From Octopus vulgaris (lineage: Eukaryota), in the NCBI GenBank assembly GCA_951406725.2, contig OX597816.1, positions 168,702,001-168,766,000 on the forward strand: a DNA stretch of 64,000 nucleotides, read 5' to 3'. Under the pieces are notes generated by a model, which worked only from the letters and a program-made list of their open reading frames with translations, did no database searches and was not told the DNA's origin. The position numbers and the translations under genes are program-made. This document shows, piece by piece, positions 1 through 12,589 of the stretch (its first letter is position 1; each line of letters begins with the position of its first letter).

Positions 1-175
1 CTTACCAATTGATTTCGCACAGGGGATTCAACGGGATGTTTAACTAAACAGCCGATTGTGTAACGCTGCACTCTTCAGACTTAGCAGTTATGGAAGGTAA
101 TATGGCGACTGCTCTCTATTGTTGGAGGTCAAAAGACACATGCGGTTTGTGGTTACATGAAAAAAGACGAAACTG
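1..175 (-). promoter_or_regulatory. Possible non-coding first exon/promoter of a neighbouring minus-strand gene
   Basis: GTAAG donor-like site at 1-5 (minus strand), relatively CpG-rich non-repeat sequence, YY1-like AATATGGCG near 99-107; diverged duplicate at ~538-705. Confidence 0.3.
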
Positions 176-1494
176 TAAGAATTAGCACTTCCTTCTCCAA
201 GCCTAGATTCGAAACCGAATCCAAGAATTCTCGGTCGTCCAAACCACGACGATCAACAGGCGCGAAAAATGGTTTTCTTTGTCCTGTCAAAAATTGATTG
301 ATCATCTCCCTTTGACCTGCGGCCTCATCATTTGATTTGGTTTGATTTCGATTTTGATTTTGATTTTCACTTATCTCAACGGGTCTTCACAAGTGGAGTA
401 AAGTGTCGCAGTTCATTGAAAACCCGTTTTCTTGTATTTCTTTCCACTGTTTCATATATAACTCAGGGAACCAAGAACTTGTGATAATACAAAGGCCAGA
501 GATACGCTTCATACCACCTAAATAGCCATTACGGCCGATGTTACTAGTCGGTTTCGCAGTGGCGGGTTCAATAAGATGTTAGGTATCAGCTCAGTTCTGT
601 AAGCCTGTGCTCTTCTGGGCTGGCAGTTATGGAAGAAAATACGGCGACTGCTTTGGAGGTGAAAAAATACACTCAGTTTGTGGTTGTTGTAAAAAAAGAC
701 GAAACGAATTGAGCAAAAGTTAAGTTCAGAATGTTATCCTTTGGGTGTTGTAAGACTATAAGAGTTTTCTCGAAATGTGTATATGGTTTAGGAGGTGGTA
801 TTCTTGTAGGACTGAAACGAATGCAGTGGTACTTTTAGGATAGCGACATTTGGGCATCCGTCACCCCGAAAACGCTACACATATGCCGCTGCACATATTC
901 CAAACCTAGCTCTTTACTTGAACTTTGTTCGTTTTGTAGTGGTTAAGTGTGTATCAATGAACATAGATGCAAATGGAATGTGTATGTAAACAAATACGTG
1001 AACCGATCCATAATTGAAAAGAATTTATTTACAGGGTTTGATTTGTTATAGGTACACTACATACAAAATGTAGGCAACTGCTACGAGTTGCTAGAAATAC
1101 AGAGTACACTCGTGGAAGTCATATTAGGAATGAATACGTTTGTGCGTGTGCGTGTGTGCGTTGATCATTTGAAACAGTAGCCGATCGTAGCACTTCGAAA
1201 CATTTCTCTCGGTCTCTGCCAAAACCTTCTGTAGGTGGACTATTTCGTCTGTCTGCCTGCCTCTCTTGTTTCACCACGGTTTTATAATATTTGTGGCAGC
1301 TAGAAAGACAGACATACTGCAGCAGAGTTTGTACCTAAATAGGTCAGCGCCTGTCCAGTTGAACTTAGGCTTCTCAAAATCAGAAAAGAGAAAGCTAATT
1401 CGAAGAATGCAGATCTAATTCATCACTGGAACTGTAAAAACCTGTAAAACTTTCCATAAGTTTATCATGTCTAGATATGCAACTATATGCATGA

Positions 1495-1765
1495 GAATAC
1501 ATACATAATGCAAAACATACAAATCTGCACATACACATACATACATACACACACGCATGCACACACACACACATACACACATACATACAAACATACATAC
1601 ATACGTACATACATACATACATACACACACACACGCACACACACACATACATACATGCATACATACATACATGCATACATACATACATACATACATACAT
1701 ACGTACATACATACATACATACATACATACATACATACATACATACATACATACATACATACATA
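1495..1765. repeat. (TACA)n/(CA)n microsatellite
   Basis: Direct inspection. Confidence 0.95.
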
Positions 1766-1826
1766 CCATGTTGTTGATGTTGAAATTCCAATGAAGGAGC
1801 CTAGGGTCTAGGTTAGAAACCGACTC

Positions 1827-2246
1827 GAATCTTTTCGGTTTGAACGGCAGTTTTTTCTAGCGGTGTCATATGAAATTGTCACCCATAATTATGACCCTAG
1901 AATCGATCTATTGCATTTCAATCTGTTTTAGGGTTAGGGTTAGGGGTGGGGGGAAGGGTATCTTTTTTTTCTTCACAAATGTAAATAAACCCAATCTGTT
2001 TCTTAAACGAGGGACATATTCATACGTCACAGAATGCTTTTTAACTCAATAGACGGTCATTGATTGGTTGAAATTGCAGAAATTGAAGGAAAAAAAACAA
2101 CAAATATCTTACAAACTATAGAATTTTCTCAATAAAGCCAAGAGAAAAAGATGTTTTATAAACACATTCTACCAGTATACGAAGTTTAAAATTTTTTAAT
2201 TACCTAGAAATAATGTTACAAACTGCCGTTCAAACCGAAAAGATCC
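1827..2246 (+). mobile_element. MITE with ~28-bp TIRs, 8-bp TSD and internal TTAGGG repeats (Merlin/hAT-like, superfamily uncertain)
   Basis: TIR G(G/A)ATCTTTTCGGTTTGAACGGCAGTTT; TSD ACCGACTC at 1819-1826 and 2247-2254. Confidence 0.85.
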
Positions 2247-3338
2247 ACCGACTCTTTCTCTATTGGCAAGAAATCTTGAAATAAAACTGAACAATGGCAT
2301 ACATATATACATGAATTTCTTGCATGGTGACAGGCCACCGATTTATCGAAGTTGACGTTTATGCATTCATAGTTAGCAAAATTAAGCGAAACCGAATATT
2401 GGGATGCTGGAACTTACAGAGAAATTATATGCTCCAATGATAGATTATGTCATTAGCGTTCATCAAAGATAATGGAATTTTTAAAAGAATACATACCAAT
2501 ATGGGTGCACAGCATATCGCCAGGGATATGGTAAGGAAAATCAAAGTGCCAGACATACTTGGAATACAAATGACTTGGAATACAGTGATAAGTGTATTAT
2601 ATATGATTAAGCGTAAAAAGAAAATGTTTATTTTCAACAGGTGTTCGAGGATTTGTGAACTATGATTAAAAAACACCTGGATGTTGATACAAAAACGGAA
2701 AAGATAACTCTTAACGTATATGTTGATAATGGGATCAACAAAGTTTCGAATAAGATGCAGATAAGCGCATATCACTTAAACAAGCATAAATTTACTTCGT
2801 TTAATTTAGCCAACAATAAAGGCAAGACTATATTATGTAACACAAAAGACGTTAGCTGGAGAACATAATGCAATGATATTTAAAAAACAAAAATCGGAAA
2901 ATCTGCTTTATTCAGTCACTTTATAGTTACGGTACCGTGAATGAAAACCCTTTCGTACACATACATATTCACGAAAGAATTTCTTTTCTCACCGTGGCGT
3001 ACCAAAAATCGAGCTGTTCTTATTTTCTAAACAGCATGAAGAGTAACAGTTACTTTGGCCTAAAAACATACACACGAAATCTGTTATATTCACTTTATAT
3101 TTATTTCGTGGGCTGTCTGAATTTTCGTATTGGACAAGCATCATCAAGTGGTTGTCGAACGAAGATATCCGTATCCAACGACATTTGCAATTGAATTATT
3201 AATTCTTATGATCGTAAATCAGACTACAAGGAACTCTTTCCATCAATAGGCAGTAATCTGAGGAGTGTAGACTATATAAAAACAGCAGAGCGAGAAGTTA
3301 TTTACGCAAAGGTAGAAGATGCAATGTAATGATGATAT

Positions 3339-3640
3339 GTGGAGACACATGACCTAGTAGTTAGAGCAACGGACTCGCGGTCGAGGGATCGCGGGTTCGA
3401 ATCTCAGACCGGGCGATGTGTGTGTTTATGAGCGAAGCACCTAAGCTCCACGCGGCTCCGGCAGAAGGTAATGGCGAACTTCTGCTGACTCTTTCGCCAC
3501 AACTTTCTCTCACTCTTTCCTCCTGCATCTTGCAGCTCACTTGCGACGGACCGACGTCCCGTCCAGGTGGGGAACCTATACGCTAAGGAAACCGGGAAAC
3601 CGGCCCTTATGAGCCAGGCGTGGCTCGAGAAGGAAACAAC
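3339..3640 (+). mobile_element. tRNA-derived SINE (head family C, V-SINE-like tail)
   Basis: A/B-box head (..TAGTAGTTAGAGC..GGTTCGAATC); TSD AATGATGATAT. Confidence 0.85.
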
Positions 3641-3734
3641 AATGATGATATTGGTTCAAATAGATAACAATATATAACCACTTTAGAAAGAGATAAATGG
3701 GGATATGAGACTGAATTAACCACAAACCTACATG

Positions 3735-5230
3735 TAACTTAGATAACTTAGATAACTTAGATATGTTTCGACCAAAGATTGGTCCAGGTCATGTCTAACT
3801 TAATAGCACCACCTGATAGGATTATTCGAATCCTGTTTAAGTCAAGTTTTGTTCAAGTAGTGAGTTCTTGTTGGGTGAGTTGTATCAAGTTTTGTTCAAG
3901 TAGTGAGTTCTTGTTGGGTGAGTTGTATCCAATTATGGGTGGCTTATCTGGTATTCTTTGAAGGAATCTATCCAGACTCCGTTTAAAGTTGATGGGATCC
4001 TTTTCCTCTTTGATCTCCCTCGGGACAATGTTAAATAGGGCAGGGCCTGTTGAGGAAAAGAAATTATGTTGCAGTGTACATGTATGTTGTGATCTTGAAC
4101 TGAACAGGGGACGTATGGCCCGTGGTCCAAGTCTTGGATGAACCTTGAAGCTAATGTTAAGGTCGTTTGGGCAAAGTTTGTGGTATATTCTCCACATCGT
4201 ACAAATGATGTACCGCTGGAGGGAGTAAAGTTTCAAGGCTTTAAGGCGATCCCAATAATCGAGGGCAGCCATGCCTTCAGTTCGTTTAGTGAGTGCCCTC
4301 TGGGGTGACTCAATTCTGGAGATGTTTTGTCTTGTATGGGGAGACCACAGTGGGCAGCAGTATTCAAGGTGTGGCCGTACAAAGGAGGAGAAAAGTGGTA
4401 TGATGACACCTTGTTCTCTGGACCGGAAAGTTCTTAAGATCCAGGAACTCATCCTACGAGCTATATCGACCTTCTTGTTGATGTGTGCACTCCAACTGAG
4501 ATCGTTATCAACAATTACACTCAGGTCTCTGATATTGTTAGAGGCTGTGAGCGGTTCCCCTGAAGGAAGAGAGTATGGTTGTTTTAGTGAGGAATTTCTT
4601 CCAAAATGCATCAGCTCAAATTTTCCCTCATTCAGTTGCATTTTGTTTCTGTCTGCCCATTGACTCACAGCATATAGATCAGACTGGAGTTGAGTTCGGT
4701 CTGCTTCTTCATTGACGATTTGCTGGAGCTTAGTGTCATCAGCAAATATTTTCACTTTGCAGTAATGTACGACACTGGAAAGGTCGTTTATGTAAATTAT
4801 GAAGAGTAGCGGACCCAAAACAGTCCCCTGGGGAACACCGCTGGTGAATTTTGCTGGGCTTAAGTGGACTCCATCAACTACAACATGTTGTGTTCTATTC
4901 GCCAGGAAATACTTAATCCAGTGTAGAACTTTTCCACGGATTCCAACATTTGCCAATTTTGAGAGTAGGATATTATGGTCTACCCTGTCGAACGCTTTAC
5001 TGAAGTCAAGATATATGACGTCAGAGTTCGAACCTGTTCCCAAGGCTTTGAGTACATCTTCAATGTGGTGTAAGAGCTGTGTTAGACAGTCCCTGCCACA
5101 GCGAAAGCCATGCTGATTTGCATTTAGGAGTTTGTGGGTCTCCAGGAAGTCAGTTATCCTTGATCTTAACACTCTTTCAAATACTTTAATGATGTGGGAG
5201 GTGAGTGAGATTGGGCGATAGTTGACTGCG
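3735..5230 (-). mobile_element. 5'-truncated CR1/L2-group LINE; open RT ORF 3853-5172
   Basis: Motifs NYRPISLTS, QHGFR, YLDFSKAFD, SGVPQGTVLGP, FADD, DLSVIVD; short tandem 3' tail (TAACTTAGA on +); ~43-bp internal duplication at 3842-3928. Confidence 0.92.
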
Positions 5231-5442
5231 TTTCAAAAACTCAAGAGAGCATACTACTAATAAGAAAAAAACTTTGTTCTAGAGTTTGTGAATAGAAGTC
5301 AACCTGCTATGATCAGTAGTTGACATGAATTTGACAATTGGTACTTAAAGCTATAACAATAACAACTGCATGGGGATGTTTAAAGATTTCAGATAAGGTA
5401 TGTAAATCATCAAGAATATGAATTTAGTGAAATAAAAACCAA

Positions 5443-5860
5443 GGATCTTTTCGCTTTGAACGGCAGTTTTTAACGTAATTTCTAGGTAATTAAAAAAATT
5501 TTAACTTCGTATACTGGTAGAATGTCTTTTTCTCTTGGCTTTATTGAAAAAATTCTATAGTTTGTAAGATATTTGTTGTTTTTTTCTTCAATTTCTGCAA
5601 TTTCAACCAATCAATGACGTCTATTGAGTTAAAAAGCATTCTGTGCCGTATGAATATGTCCCTCGTTTAAGAAATAGATTGGGTTTATTTACATTTCTGA
5701 AGAAAAAAAGATACCCTTCCCCCACCCCTAACCCTAACCCTAACTAACTCTAACCCTAAAGCAGATTGAAATGCAATAGATCGATGCTAGGGTCATAATT
5801 ATAGGTGACAATTTCATATGACACCGCTAGAAAAAACTGCCGTTCAAACCGAAAAGATCC
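5443..5860 (-). mobile_element. Second copy of the TTAGGG-bearing MITE
   Basis: Same TIRs and body as 1827-2246, in opposite orientation; no TSD evident. Confidence 0.85.
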
Positions 5861-6009
5861 GCAGTTTGTCCCTCTCAATCCTGCGATTTCAGTTGTAGTT
5901 GTTGGTGTAAACACCGACGGCGTCAGGGGCTTGTTTCAAGAATTTAAAAAATAGAGCACTTGTAAGAAAAACACACGAAACGCCATGTGTCAGAGAAATA
6001 CAGATTACA

Positions 6010-6780
6010 CAGGTCTACAACCAAAAAACTGTTTCACATTTACTGAGTGAAATTTTTACCTGTTGATTTCAAAAATTACAAAGAAAATATCCTATCACGT
6101 ATAGTTTCTTCACAAAGTCGATCATTGCATTTTACCATTATGCTCGAATTATCTTTTATTATTACTATTAATTGCCATAGACTATAACAGGCATAATTTT
6201 GAGAAATAGGCACCTGGCAACCTTTATGTCGCTTCAGCTACACAAATTGGTTCCTGCATGGCTGTAGCTTCAGTCAACCACAAGCGATGAGGAGAGAAAA
6301 ACGTGCTTTACAAGGTTACGTTGCTTAGGTTTTTTTAATTTTATTATGTATACATTTAGTTGATGAATCTAATATGTGCTGTTTAAAAATGCCCCTCTCT
6401 CCTTTCATTATAGACTTCTACATCATTTGAAGCAAGGCTGTTTTCTAGACTATGTGTAGCAAACTGTTTATCTTTGTTACATTTGCGGCAAGTATATGAC
6501 TAAGAAACGTGAGAGAGACCTTGGAGACACACTTAAGTTCTAAGTTAGAAGGCAGAAATAGCAACGTTGATGAAGACTTCAATAGCTGTGAAGGTGAAGA
6601 ACCTCAACTGATCAACAAATGTGAATTAGGTAATCTAGTGAGGGACTTGGGGATCGCAAAGGAGACAGCAAAGACTTTAGGTTCCGGTCTTAAATCCAAT
6701 AATCTTTTAGTTCCTCGTACAAAAAAGAATTTGTTCCTTATTTCGCTCAAGAAAATGATTTGGTTTGTAGCATGTCTGTA
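6010..6780 (+). mobile_element. Degenerate DNA transposon remnant, probably Chapaev3/CMC-type
   Basis: CYICG motif (~6476) and PQLINKCELGNLVRDLGIAKETAKTLGSGLKSNNLL resemble the ELNDLVRDL transposase segment; family assignment from memory. Confidence 0.45.
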
Positions 6781-7425
6781 CTAGCATTAGTTTAACACAA
6801 ACATTTAAAATCCCAAAGTAGGCTCAAACGACACTAAGTTTACAGCTCTATTCAGTCTGTAATTGGTCGAATAAACAGGCTCCCTTAATTATGTCCGATT
6901 GTCACACTTATCTAATGTGGCTGCGGCCATGTTTAATTGAGTTCCTTTACTTCGTTTCTCTAAGGTCTCCCTGCTTGTAGTTTGGTTCTATCGCGTTTGC
7001 GCTGGCGTCTTTCACATAAGAACAACTCTTCGTCCAAGTGCGCTTGCAGTATCGACCAAACTTAATGCCATCATCTCCCATGATACATCTAATGTTTTCA
7101 TGCATTCATTCACCACTATGGACATCTCAATAGAACATAACTTACTTCTTTACAAAAATCTTATACTAGGAATTTTACATTGTACGAAGGCTGGTGGGAT
7201 GTAACAAAATCGTCTAGCCATGCTGATCTCTTGGTCACTCGCCGCATAACCCTAAAACTTTTTATTTAATTTTTTCCTTCCCTTCAGCCATCTACAAATG
7301 TTAAATCCAACCAGGTCATCGTCTGACAGACAAATGGGCAAATGAGAAAAATGTATGGATCACGCGAGTATAGGAAGTTGCAAGCAAATCAAAACAGGAA
7401 AATTAATTCTATGTTTATGAAGGGA

Positions 7426-8724
7426 CTAGCTGTTGTACCCGGCGTTGCTCATGTTTTCTGTGTTGAAGTTAAGCCCACCTCTGACCTTGTATTGAAATCT
7501 TCTACGTTCCCCATGCCAACTATTACCCATTAAGATGTTATATCTGCTTCGGCAGGGATTTTACCCGGATAACGCTTTTGACATACTCATACGTACTGGA
7601 CCGTCTGAAATCGCAGTTAAACTTTTGGGTGCACCTCGACCCGTTGAGAGTGATGTTTGTTTATTTCTCTCGCCTTAATACCACCCTCTGTACAAAATTG
7701 ATCAGCTTGTCCAAGCTCAGCAAAATCCGAGGTGCTAAGGGTATGTCATAAAATAAAATCCATGTAACCATTTACATGAAAATATCCCATTGACTTTTAA
7801 ATCCCAATACATTATATGAATAATCGATGCTTCATACGTCGAAGTGCTTAATTTTACTCAAGGGTCAAATTTCTTCAAAATCAGTTCACTATTTTATTGT
7901 GAGTGAATTTTGACGATTTCTGCCTTTCACCAGTTTAATTTTAATTCTACTACATGACTCCGACCATAAACTTTACCTACATGTCAAATTTCATCAAAAT
8001 CGGATGAATTCTGTAAAAGTTACAGCATAAAATATTAATCCTGTGAGTAATTGCATACAAAAAGCCTATTGGTTTCTTAAAATCCCCTGCTCACACGCAA
8101 TTATCGATTTTTTTTATCAACTCTTCAGGCTGGCATCAACTAATGGGCAATAAAATTTCTACAAAATCGACAAGAATGTCTCTAAGGAAATGCTTATTTG
8201 CATTTGTGCCCTTTTAAAACCTTTTTGAATTAAATAAGCATCTTTACCGTCTGCCCCACCACAAAATTTACCTGCATCTCAAATTTCATTAAAATCGGAC
8301 AGAAAAAATATAAAAGTTACGGCGAAAAATACAATCCCGGTGGGTATCTGCACGCAAAAAGCCTACTGATTTTATAAAACCACTGCTTAGGCGCAATTAT
8401 CGATATTTTGTCAATGCCATATACTGACATCAACTCACTGCCATGAACCTAGCTCACTGATCGATTTTCATCAAAATCGGACAAAAAAGCTGCAGGAAAA
8501 ATAACATCGTTATGGGAATTTCCATTCAAACGCCCGATTGAGCTCACAAAAATTGATGCCATATGAGCATTATCGAGTTTTCGAAAAATTCCAGCCTTAT
8601 TTGAACTTGAAGGTATATGATCTGCCTATGTGCCAAAATCCTTAAAATCGGTTGGACGGTGTGGGAGGAGTTAGAGTAAGCCCAAACACATAGACAGACC
8701 CCATTACATATTTATGTATATAGA
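7426..8724 (-). mobile_element. Non-autonomous Helitron-like element with internal diverged tandem repeats
   Basis: Minus-strand 5' TC and 3' CTAG with the subterminal CCCGGCGTTGCTC motif shared with the copies at 60076 and 62699; repeated AAATTTCATCAAAATCGG motif. Confidence 0.7.
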
Positions 8725-8869
8725 TATTGATAAAAATGTTGAAATGAATATTGTGTGCGAGAGTGCGTGCATGTATGCGTGTGTATGTGTGTGTGTGTGT
8801 GTGTGTATGTGTGTGCAAACCTGAGGTAATCAAACCTCACCAAGGTTTTTTAATACTTAGGAATTACTT

Positions 8870-9945
8870 GTCGATTCCTAAATTATTGTATTTTCTCAGG
8901 GTTAGTCCCTCCTATAGATTCTCGTCGTCTCTCCAATATGCTTTGACGACCTAAATCTTCAGGAAACTCGAGTACATGGTCAATGTAAGGCTCTCTCCAG
9001 AGTCCCGCGATCAAGCTGCTTTGCCCAAACGGTTTGGGGGTTTAGGTCTGCACAAGTGCTCATCTCTATCTCTTCCTTGTTTTCTTTCCTCCACCCACGC
9101 TAACTCTCCTTCCAATATGTACGAGTTCCAATAGGGAGATAGATGTAGCTCTATCACAGTAGAGAGAGCTGGGTTACAGTGGAGGATAGCTGGAAACAGA
9201 GAACGGGAAATCTGAGCTTAGGTGTCACTTTCAACTTTCTCTTTTTTGATCAATCTGATCAATTTTGAAGGTGTCGCATACTTCCTGCCAGTGCAAAATT
9301 CTTGGGGTCTGGTTTGATGCTCTGACTGTGGCTAACATTGGTGATCTACTCAGTCTAGATAAACTCCACATCTCCATCGCACTCAGAGTTGGAGCCGATG
9401 TCTGTGGGAGAACTGAGATATTGCTGTGGTAGGCCTCTCGACTCCACTGGTCTTCACGCCTAAATACTGGTTGTTTTGATCGTCACACCGAGCTAAACTT
9501 AATCATTAAACGCGCCCTGGCTCGAGTTAACATCTCCTCAGTTCTGGATCCGGCGGGATTCTCCAGAAATTATGGGAAGAGACCAGTTGGTCTTATCCTT
9601 CATCCCTGGCTAAGAGGTAAGTGCCTCATCTAGGACACCACAGTCTGTGATTTCTTTACTCCCTCCCATATCCTGGATGTTGCGAAATGTGAGAGAGTCA
9701 CTATTTCCGTAACCGAACGGAACAAAATCCTTAATTATTGGGACCTGTCAATGAACTTTTTCTTCCAGCCTGAAGCGTTTGAGACAATTGGAGGGGCTGG
9801 GACGCTAACAGCGAAGTTCTTGCCACCGTTGGCTGTTCACCTTACCGAGGTGTGAGGTGATGCCTGTTCTAACGCCTGAGCCTCGCCATCGATCATGATA
9901 ATGCCGTGAGCATGTTGGCTTGCTTCAGTAGGTTCCGTTGAACCT
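8870..9945 (+). mobile_element. Degenerate CRE-like non-LTR retrotransposon, 3' part (REL endonuclease)
   Basis: QAALPKRFGGLGL; RHTELNLIIKRALA; GKRPVGL..PWLRGKCLI*D; FFFQPEAFETIGG; multiple stops. Confidence 0.7.
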
Positions 9946-10249
9946 TGTGGTGTGCGACCACCTGAAGCACTTCGTATTGAATTGATGTCTTTTCCCTTTT
10001 TTCTTCCTTTATCTGGCTTTGTTTCTCCTTTTCCATACTAAACTCTCTCAAACCAATTCTTGAAAGCGGTTAAGATAAAAAATGTTGAAAGCTTTCATGT
10101 TTTGTTGATAACGGAACTAAACTGATGTTAAATAGCAGCAGTCCTGTGTTACTGACGTCAGATATCAGCAAGGTCATGGAATTATCAGAGAGAAACTAAT
10201 TACATCCAGGGAGCGAGAGAGGGGGAGAGTGGAGGAGGAGGGGGATTCG

Positions 10250-11611
10250 AGAGGGGAACACAAGGAACACCAGGAACAATCATTTTGTTTTGTCAATCAA
10301 TTTTTTCGGAGATGTTTATGAGTTTGAACTTACCAGTACCACAGGAACAAACAACACAAATAACAATGCTGTACTCGCCACAGACAAACATAATTCCTAC
10401 AGTTCAGCAAGTTCATATTAATTATCTCCAGGTTGGCGCACCTGATAGTCGTCTTTTTGCCCAGACGTACGCATTTGAACTGGTCATTCGAAACTCCTTC
10501 AGTCAAAAATGCGAGCACATATAAGATTTTGCCTCGAAAACAATAAATTCGTTCCTTTTCCGAAAGTAAAGGTTTTTCAAATGCCAACAAAAACCAGAGA
10601 AATCGCTCACATTCTATCACCCACCCAGAAATGGATTACTCCTGGATTACTCCAAGAAAAACGACTAAAAGTTATGACTTCTCACATAAACATTCGGAAC
10701 AATAGGTTCCATGTTTTAAGTGAAGAATTCAAGCAAAACCCAAAAGGTAGTCAGGATCTAATGAAAGTAAGACTGTGAAAAATACTTGCCCAAGAAAATC
10801 AATCAGACTAGAAAATAAGTCGGCCATAAATCTACCTAAAGCAAAACTTCCATGAGACGATATCTCTGTCTAAGAATTTCAACAAAAATAAACTAGCTCA
10901 AGTTCTGTTTGTCCAATGTCACAAGCTGAAGGAATATTTTTTTTTTTTGAAAAAAGTGGTAAAGAAGAGACAGAAAACCTAATGCTTACTGAAAATAAAA
11001 ATGATGATCGAATCTGGTGTAATTGGATTGAAAAGAATCGTAATTGATATCCAGATGAAGTTCAGGACGGACGTTCACAAGCACTACTGGAATTTCTTAA
11101 ATCTAGTCAGACATGCATTAAAGAAGGCCTTAAAACAAGTAGAAAGAAGTCCTGGAACAACCTCACAGATTCCTAGCGTTACGCACTCCGTCGTTTAGCT
11201 AACAATGATTTTATTGCTATCAAAATGGCGGATAAGGAAGACGCTATTGTAATTATGGACAAGAGTGAGTATATTTCGGCTTGTGAAGAAGTTTTAAGTG
11301 ACAAAACTTCATATGAAGAATTACCTGTCGATCCAAACCTCAATTACAGGGAAATGGAAGAAAACGATTTCATTAATAAGACTGAATCCAGGATTTTATG
11401 GACAGAAAAAAGAACACCTGTATTTTATGGTATCCCCAAAATACACATAAACTTCAAAAGATTTCCTCCAATGAGCCCAATTTTCAGCGGATGTTGTACA
11501 GCCAAAATTTTGGAGTGGCTGGATGACTTTCTACTCCCTGTCGCAAAAAGATCAAGTTCCTATATTCGGGATACTTTTGATTTCGTGCATAAAATCAACA
11601 ACTTTTCTTAA
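10250..11611 (+). mobile_element. Penelope-like element, N-terminal/RT fragment
   Basis: IKMADKEDAIVIMDKSEY, FYGIPKIH and SYIRDTFDF are PLE RT N-terminal motifs. Confidence 0.8.
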
Positions 11612-12147
11612 CATCGAAGCGATGTCGAAAACAGTAGCTCGACGGAAACTGCCGAACATTTTACATCAAACGGCTGCAATTTTGAAGAACACTTGAAAAT
11701 GCATATTCTCAGAAAATATTCTGAATCTATACACTTTCAGCCCTCAAAATGCATGAGAAATATGTTTGTGAATGAGCAAAATGACTGAGGAACTCATCAT
11801 ATTTACTCAAAAATTTTTGATTAAATATTCTTCCTTTTCCTGTTCTTTTTTCTTTTAGTCAGTCGTAAAATTGAAAATTGAAGACTGATGTCATTCCGTC
11901 AAAGTGGGAACGCAGGATCTCCTCGTTCGAACTTCTGAATTTAATTTTCTATAATTTTGAATTTCTATGCATCACTTTTAATTTTGAACTCGACAAATAC
12001 AGGCAAGCTGTGAAATATCGTTCAAACCAATAAAATATCCATTGCAGTCGCATCGCGCTCTTCGTATTTATCTTTGTGAAGAGTTACGTCAATCCTCTTC
12101 AAAGATTATTATTATTGCTGTTGTTGTTGTTGTAGCTGTTATAATTA

Positions 12148-12523
12148 GTGGAGGCGCAATGGCCCAGTGGTTAGGGCAGCGGTCTCGCGGTTTCGATTCC
12201 CAGACCGGGCGTTGTGAGTGTTTATTGAGCGAAAACACCTAAAGCTCCACGAGGCTCCGACAGGGGATGGTGGTGATCCCTGCTGTACTCTTTCACCACA
12301 ACTTTCTCTCGCTCTTTCTTCCTGTTTCTGTTGTACCTGTATTTCAAAGGGCCGGCCTTGTCACTCTCTGTGTCACGCTGAATATCCCCGAGGACTACGT
12401 TAAGGGTACACGTGTCTGTGGAGTGCTCAGCCACTTGCACGTTAATATCACGAGCAAGCTGTTCCGTTGATCGTATCAGCTGGGACCCTCATCGTCGCAA
12501 CCGACGGAGTGCTCCTATATATA
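12148..12523 (+). mobile_element. tRNA-derived SINE (head family C, tail type 2)
   Basis: TGGCCCAGTGG A-box and GTTTCGATTCC B-box; 15-bp TSD TAGCTGTTATAATTA. Confidence 0.88.
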
Positions 12524-12589
12524 TAGCTGTTATAATTATTAAGCGGCGATCTGGCAGAATCGTTAGCACGTGAGGCGAAATTGCTTAGG

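Noticed and set aside
1773-1826. Hammerhead-like motif (CCAATGAAG..AGCCTAG/CTAGGTT..GAAAC) at the MITE insertion site
   Set aside because: The core is too degenerate and is interrupted by the MITE; cannot be supported.
2425-3194. Short ORFs in apparently unique sequence
   Set aside because: No recognisable motifs or consistent splice structure; possibly an old repeat.
6790-7206. Possible solo LTR ending in TGTAACA
   Set aside because: No matching second terminus, TSD or primer-binding site identified.
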